Below, one piece after another: positions 58,791-64,000 of a stretch of DNA of 64,000 nucleotides (the first letter of the stretch is position 1; every line of letters begins with the position of its first letter). Below the pieces are notes generated by a model, which saw only the letters and a list, made by a program, of their open reading frames with translations, made no database searches and was not told the origin of the DNA. The translations under genes were made by a program, and so were the position numbers. Location of the stretch: positions 19,900 through 83,899 of the forward strand of contig DAISJZ010000001.1 in the NCBI GenBank assembly GCA_036821145.1, read 5' to 3'. The DNA is from Spirochaetota bacterium. GTDB taxonomy: Bacteria > Spirochaetota > UBA4802 > UBA5550.

Positions 58791-61073
58791 ATGAGATATA
58801 TTCGAGACATATCAAAACAGAACTTTCTAAGAATTTTTAAAGATAAGAAGATCCGTTTCTATTATATCTTTGTGCTGATTCTTATCTTTATGTCAGCCGG
58901 AATACTTGCATATAGAATAACGGACAAAACTTATACATATAATGTCGGAGATATTGCCCAGTCAGATATTCGTGTTCAGCGTGATATTTATTTTGTTAAA
59001 GAATCAGAAACTGATATTGAAAAGAAAAGAGCCCTGCAGGCTGAAAAACTTGTTTTTGATAAAAATTCATCTGTACTTCAGGAAAACCTCAAAATTGCGG
59101 ATGAACTGTTCAGTGCAGTTATTAAGACTCTTGAAGATTACCCCCCGTTAAGCAATAATGATCTCAGCATTCAGCTTGAAGTTCTTAAAAACAGACTTCC
59201 CGGGTCGGTAAAATATTCTGACAAAATACTCCTCAGTCTCATAAGTTATGACAATCCCCGCCAGTTGAAAAATGCCGTATTAAAAATGCTTATTTACATT
59301 TATGATTACCGTGGACTTGGCGTCCTTGGAAAAGAATATAACAATCCTTTAAATCTTGAAATCAGGACAATAACAGTAAGGAACGAAGACTCTGCGGAAC
59401 TGAATGATGAAGTATCAGCTGTAATTGAAGATCTTGTTACAATTGATAACGTAAAAGGGAGACTGTATAGTATTTGTTACTCGGTAGCCCCATATCTTCC
59501 GCAGGAAACAATCCTCGCAATAGCAACCGTAATTAAAAGTAATCTTAAACCAAACCTTGCTTTTAATGAAGAGGAGACAAAAAGACGTATTGATGAAAAA
59601 CTTAAAAGCATAAAACCTGTCACCGGTGTTCTGAAAAAAGGTCAGACTCTGGTAAGGGAAGGCGACACAATAACGAATGATGTATTACAGAAAATAACAA
59701 TTTTAAACAGGCATGCAAAGACCTCTCATGTTAATTTTATAATTGGCGTGATTCTTTTACAGTTCATCTTTGTAGCAATTATGAGTTTTTTTACATTTAC
59801 TTACGAAATATTTTATTTTCCCGATCGCAAAGGTATAGTGGTAGTTTTCTCTCTCCTTATCTTTTTTATGGCTTACTCTTTTTTTGTAGATAATTTTGAG
59901 ATGGCCAGCACTTCCAAGATCGCCATGATTTTACTTATGCCGATTCCGTTTGTTACAATGATGATATCTATTCTTTATAATATATATCTTTCATTATTTG
60001 TAGCTTTATACATTGTATTCTTTACATTCATGATGGTGGAAGTTGATCTTCAGGTTGTAATTCTTACTTTCAGTTCAGCTCTCATCGGTTCATTCATTAA
60101 TATTAATGTGGACAGAAGAAGCGATTTTTTTAAAGGCGGTATGATACTTGGTGTTATTAATTCAATAATAATTATCTCACTTTCATTTATTGAAAATGCT
60201 CCGTTAAAAATAACACTTACACATTGTCAGCTTGCTATTGCTAACGGTATACTGAATTCAATACTTGTTCTTGGCATATTCCCTATATATGAACATATTT
60301 TTGATATCACGACCAAATTTAAACTTCTTGAACTTTCCGATCTTAATGCTGATATTTTCAAAAAGATGCTGCTTAATGCACCCGGCACATATAATCATTC
60401 TCTTCTTGTATCAACTCTTGCTGAGGCAGCATGTAAAGAAATCCGGGGTAACTACATGCTGGCCAGAGTAGGGGCATTTTACCATGACATAGGCAAGATT
60501 CCTGATGCGGGTGTTTACATTGAAAACGGAATTACTGATGTTCGGGCAAAAAAATTTTCACCGCGTGAATACTCAAAACTTATAATATCACACGTTGATA
60601 AAGGGGTAGCAATGGCTAAAGCTTCCGGGCTCCCTGAGTCAGTAATAGATTTTATCAGTGAACATCACGGTACATCAACAATGACATATTTTTATCATCA
60701 GGCACTGGAAAACGCCAGCACAAGTAACGAGGAATTTGTTGACAAAGATGATTTTCAGTATCATGGCCCGAAACCTAGAAGTAAAGAAACAGCAATAGTT
60801 ATGCTTGCTGACGCTATTGAGGCTGCCTCAAGATCAATCAAAGATCCTACAAGGGATAAGATTGAAGGTATGGTGAAAAAAATAATATATAACAAGCTTA
60901 ATGACGGAGAACTTGACAGTTCCGGTCTTTCAATGGTTGAATTAAAAAAAGTTCAGAATGTATTCCTCAACATGCTTTACGGTATTTTCCATACACGAAT
61001 TGAATACCCTGATGCAGACAGGGTTAAGGATCTTGAAAAAGAGGTGAACGAAACAAAAGGCCAGGTTGACTGA
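58791..61073 (+). CDS. pgpH: 7TM-receptor HD-domain phosphohydrolase (PgpH-type c-di-AMP phosphodiesterase)
   Basis: Large extracellular N-domain, seven TM helices, C-terminal HD domain (HSLLVSTLAEAA, FYHDIGK). Confidence 0.8.
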   Translation: MRYIRDISKQNFLRIFKDKKIRFYYIFVLILIFMSAGILAYRITDKTYTYNVGDIAQSDIRVQRDIYFVKESETDIEKKRALQAEKLVFDKNSSVLQENLKIADELFSAVIKTLEDYPPLSNNDLSIQLEVLKNRLPGSVKYSDKILLSLISYDNPRQLKNAVLKMLIYIYDYRGLGVLGKEYNNPLNLEIRTITVRNEDSAELNDEVSAVIEDLVTIDNVKGRLYSICYSVAPYLPQETILAIATVIKSNLKPNLAFNEEETKRRIDEKLKSIKPVTGVLKKGQTLVREGDTITNDVLQKITILNRHAKTSHVNFIIGVILLQFIFVAIMSFFTFTYEIFYFPDRKGIVVVFSLLIFFMAYSFFVDNFEMASTSKIAMILLMPIPFVTMMISILYNIYLSLFVALYIVFFTFMMVEVDLQVVILTFSSALIGSFININVDRRSDFFKGGMILGVINSIIIISLSFIENAPLKITLTHCQLAIANGILNSILVLGIFPIYEHIFDITTKFKLLELSDLNADIFKKMLLNAPGTYNHSLLVSTLAEAACKEIRGNYMLARVGAFYHDIGKIPDAGVYIENGITDVRAKKFSPREYSKLIISHVDKGVAMAKASGLPESVIDFISEHHGTSTMTYFYHQALENASTSNEEFVDKDDFQYHGPKPRSKETAIVMLADAIEAASRSIKDPTRDKIEGMVKKIIYNKLNDGELDSSGLSMVELKKVQNVFLNMLYGIFHTRIEYPDADRVKDLEKEVNETKGQVD

Positions 61074-61075
61074 TA

Positions 61076-61528
61076 ATGAGTAAAGTGGAAATTTTTACAG
61101 AAGGTGAGTTATCCCTGCCGTATTCAGGTATTACAAAAGAATATATTTCATCTGTTTCAGAAAAAGTCCTTGAGCTCACTCAGGCTGTTAATGTTTCAGT
61201 TTCAGTAATTTTAACAACTAATAAAATAATTCATGAAATAAACAGGGAATACCGCGGGAAAGATACCCCCACTGATGTCATAAGCTTTGCCTACAGGGAT
61301 GAACCGTTTCCTTCACCGGAAAACATAGTGGAGGAACTCGGAGATGTTTATATATCACTTGAAAAAGCTGATGAACAGTCTGTAGAGTACGAAGTCACTC
61401 TACAGACAGAAGTAAAAAGACTGCTGATACACGGCATTCTTCATCTCCTTGGATATGATCATGAAACATCTCCTGAAGACGAAAAGAAGATGCAGGACCT
61501 CGAAGAAAAACTTACAAATATCATCTGA
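61076..61528 (+). CDS. ybeY: rRNA maturation endoribonuclease YbeY
   Basis: Zn-binding HGILHLLGYDHE motif. Confidence 0.9.
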   Translation: MSKVEIFTEGELSLPYSGITKEYISSVSEKVLELTQAVNVSVSVILTTNKIIHEINREYRGKDTPTDVISFAYRDEPFPSPENIVEELGDVYISLEKADEQSVEYEVTLQTEVKRLLIHGILHLLGYDHETSPEDEKKMQDLEEKLTNII

Positions 61529-61546
61529 AAAACTGATATTGAACTG

Positions 61547-62986
61547 ATGACCGATATCTACAACAAATTCAAGGAAACAGTAGAAACCAGGAACCTGATA
61601 TTTCCGGGAGACAAGCTCCTCCTTTCTCTTTCAGCAGGAAAAGATTCCATGGCAATGCTTGATCTAATCCTGAGACACAATGAAACTGTCCCGATAAAAA
61701 TTGGAATATTTCACCTTAATCACCTGATGCGGGGAGTCGATTCAGATAATGATGCGTCACTCGTCAGGGATAAAGCTGTCGAATGCGGAGTTCCCTTTTA
61801 TGAAAGGAGGTTTAATTTTAAAACATGCAAAATCCCCGGCAGATCATTTGAAGAGCATGCCCGTGATGTACGATATGCAATGATTGATGATATAATGAAT
61901 TCAGAGGGATTCAACAAAGCAGTAACTGCACATAACAGCCAGGATAACATCGAAACTTTACTCATGAGGATTTTTTCCGGCACCGGAATTTTCGGTCTCA
62001 GGGGAATAAGCTATAATACAGGCAATATAATACGTCCTTTGCTGGACATATATCCCGATGAAATATATTCCTATCTGAAAAATAGAAATTTACAATGGCG
62101 TGAAGACCTTTCCAATTCTGATAATGAGTACAAGCGAAACTACATCAGAAACATTATATTTCCCGCAATCACAAAAAAATTCCCTGATGCCGCAGAAAAT
62201 ATAGCAAGGCTTTCCAGGCATGCGGAGGAGAATGAAAACCTTCTTTCATTTTTATCAGACAGAATCAATCAAAACTGTATTACCGGGACAGATTCAGGTC
62301 ATTTTATCATAACTGAGGGATTGGAGGATAATATCCCATTTATAAAATATATGCTTTCAAGAACACTATTCTTTAATTACAACATCAGGCTCAACAGTGT
62401 TATCTTTGAAGAAATAATCCGGAAATTCAAATCACCCAAAAGCAATCTTCCTTTATATCAGAAAGATAATATCATTATAAAAAAGGTATTCCGGGATAAA
62501 AAAACCGGTATTGAAATAACCGATAAAACGAAAATAATAAATCCGCCTGAGAAGTGGGAATATAATTTAAATAATGAAAGTAATGCTTCTATCCTGATTA
62601 CAGAAATTGATAGATATCTGAATTACAGACGTTCCTGTTTTGAAGACTTTACCAGGTTGAAAGAAGATAAAAGGTTTATCTTTATCAATATACCCGAAAA
62701 TACCAGGTCTATCCAATTGAGAAACCGCAGAGATGGAGATCGTATTTTACTCGAGAAAGGTACAAAAAAAATTAAAGAATTGATGATAGAAAAGAAACTT
62801 GACACGAGGACAAAAAAAAGTGTACCGCTTATTGTTATAGATGGTGAGATAGCTGCATACCTTCCCGGCATTATTGGTCCCTATCCGGATAGAGTTTCAT
62901 GTAACTTTTGGATCAATGATTGTACAAAAAATATGTTTGTCTTTTATTTTACAGATTTACCGGATTTTAATATAACAGATAAGTGA
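61547..62986 (+). CDS. tilS: tRNA(Ile)-lysidine synthetase
   Basis: PP-loop LSLSAGKDSMAML (SGGxDS) and TilS substrate-binding C-terminal domain. Confidence 0.85.
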   Translation: MTDIYNKFKETVETRNLIFPGDKLLLSLSAGKDSMAMLDLILRHNETVPIKIGIFHLNHLMRGVDSDNDASLVRDKAVECGVPFYERRFNFKTCKIPGRSFEEHARDVRYAMIDDIMNSEGFNKAVTAHNSQDNIETLLMRIFSGTGIFGLRGISYNTGNIIRPLLDIYPDEIYSYLKNRNLQWREDLSNSDNEYKRNYIRNIIFPAITKKFPDAAENIARLSRHAEENENLLSFLSDRINQNCITGTDSGHFIITEGLEDNIPFIKYMLSRTLFFNYNIRLNSVIFEEIIRKFKSPKSNLPLYQKDNIIIKKVFRDKKTGIEITDKTKIINPPEKWEYNLNNESNASILITEIDRYLNYRRSCFEDFTRLKEDKRFIFINIPENTRSIQLRNRRDGDRILLEKGTKKIKELMIEKKLDTRTKKSVPLIVIDGEIAAYLPGIIGPYPDRVSCNFWINDCTKNMFVFYFTDLPDFNITDK

Positions 62987-63007
62987 AAGAGTCATCAGGA
63001 GTAATAA

Positions 63008-64000
63008 ATGAATAAAGTAACAAAACAGATAGCCTTCTTTCTTCTTGTGGGGCTTATAATTATGGCAATTTTCCGGATGAGCGATTCCGGTAACAATAAA
63101 GTGACACTCGATTACAGTGTTTTTATTGAAAAAGCTAAAAATGGCGAAATATCAAAAGTACGAATTGATAACAATAAAAAAATCTCAGGAAAATATAAAA
63201 ACTCTGAAGGCAAGAGTAGTGCAGTTTCCGGTGGAGATGGATTTGATTTTATAACAATGATACCATATGATGATCCGGAACTTATTAAAAGCCTTATGGA
63301 GAATAAAGTAGCGGTTGAGGGCTCTGATGAGGATGACAAGCTTTTCCTTAAAGGACTTCTTAATTTTCTTCCATGGCTGCTGTTCTTTGTGTTTATATGG
63401 TTTCTTATGTTCAGACAGATTCAGGGAGCAGGGAACAAGGCTCTCGCTTTCGGGAAGAGCAAGGCAAGACTTAATCCTGATCTAAAAAACAAAGTTAATT
63501 TCAATGATGTAGCAGGTGCTGATGAAGCTAAAGAGGAACTCAGGGAAGTAGTTGAATTCCTTAAAGAGCCAAAAAAATTCATAAATATCGGTGCTAAAAT
63601 CCCCACAGGGGTGCTCCTTGTGGGCCCTCCCGGAACAGGTAAAACTCTGCTTGCAAGAGCAATTGCAGGCGAAGCAGGAGTACCTTTTTTCTCAATAAGC
63701 GGTTCGGATTTTGTTGAGATGTTTGTCGGAGTCGGAGCTTCCCGGGTACGGGACCTTTTTGAACAGGGTAAAAAAAGTGCACCCTGTATTATATTCATAG
63801 ACGAGATTGACGCAGTAGGCCGTTTGAGAGGTGCAGGCCTTGGCGGAGGCCATGATGAACGTGAACAGACCCTAAACCAGCTGCTTGTTGAAATGGACGG
63901 TTTTGAAACGAATGAAGGAGTTATTATCATTGCTGCAACAAACAGGCCGGATGTTCTCGACCCCGCGCTTCTCAGACCTGGACGTTTTGACAGGCAGGTT
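63008..64000 (+). CDS. ftsH: ATP-dependent zinc metalloprotease FtsH (N-terminal part; continues past the window end)
   Basis: Two TM helices flanking a periplasmic domain; AAA+ Walker [12 protein letters not shown], Walker [12 protein letters not shown]. The ORF-track minus-strand ORFs here are antisense artefacts. Confidence 0.9.
   Translation, partial: MNKVTKQIAFFLLVGLIIMAIFRMSDSGNNKVTLDYSVFIEKAKNGEISKVRIDNNKKISGKYKNSEGKSSAVSGGDGFDFITMIPYDDPELIKSLMENKVAVEGSDEDDKLFLKGLLNFLPWLLFFVFIWFLMFRQIQGAGNKALAFGKSKARLNPDLKNKVNFNDVAGADEAKEELREVVEFLKEPKKFINIGAKIPTGVLLVGPPGTGKTLLARAIAGEAGVPFFSISGSDFVEMFVGVGASRVRDLFEQGKKSAPCIIFIDEIDAVGRLRGAGLGGGHDEREQTLNQLLVEMDGFETNEGVIIIAATNRPDVLDPALLRPGRFDRQV

Noticed and set aside
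63112-63930. Two minus-strand ORFs (75 and 169 aa) from the ORF track
   Set aside because: They are antisense to an unmistakable ftsH on the plus strand (Walker A/B motifs, TM helices). Their low-complexity Ser/Pro-rich translations are typical artefacts.
1-64000. CRISPR arrays, tRNA/rRNA genes, transposases, integrases, phage genes
   Set aside because: No direct-repeat/spacer arrays, no tRNA T-loop consensus (GGTTCGAATCC-like) in intergenic DNA, and no recognisable transposase or integrase motifs in any frame. Intergenic regions are short.

Overview
This is a low-GC (about 33%), densely coding bacterial chromosomal window. Most of it is housekeeping: rlmN, PBP1A, prfB, purC, gatB, proA, nadD, rsfS, cspA, a complete gcvT-gcvH-gcvPA-gcvPB-lipA-lipoate ligase operon, mqnB/mqnD, rpmB, aspS, phoH-pgpH-ybeY, tilS and the 5' part of ftsH. 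I found no rRNA or tRNA genes, no CRISPR array and no transposase or integrase. The most unusual region is a tight seven-gene co-directional cluster at 49758..55517. It encodes a YdjI-like SPFH (Band_7_1) protein with a C-terminal triple zinc-ribbon tail, two zinc-ribbon plus DUF4178 proteins (YdjG-like), a small membrane peptide, a DUF350 membrane protein and a spermidine-synthase-like aminopropyltransferase fused to a polytopic membrane domain. This looks like a PspA-less Psp/YdjGHI-type membrane-stress module coupled to a polyamine module. Other notable items are a 347-aa protein built from about ten charged 34-aa tandem repeats (34090..35133), a GC-rich structured island with a perfect 31-bp palindrome (36643..36722), an apparent non-AUG (ATC) start for nadD, prfB without the programmed frameshift, and a 677-aa MORN-repeat lipoprotein. 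All assignments come from reading the translated ORFs and the DNA by eye; no database searches were possible.
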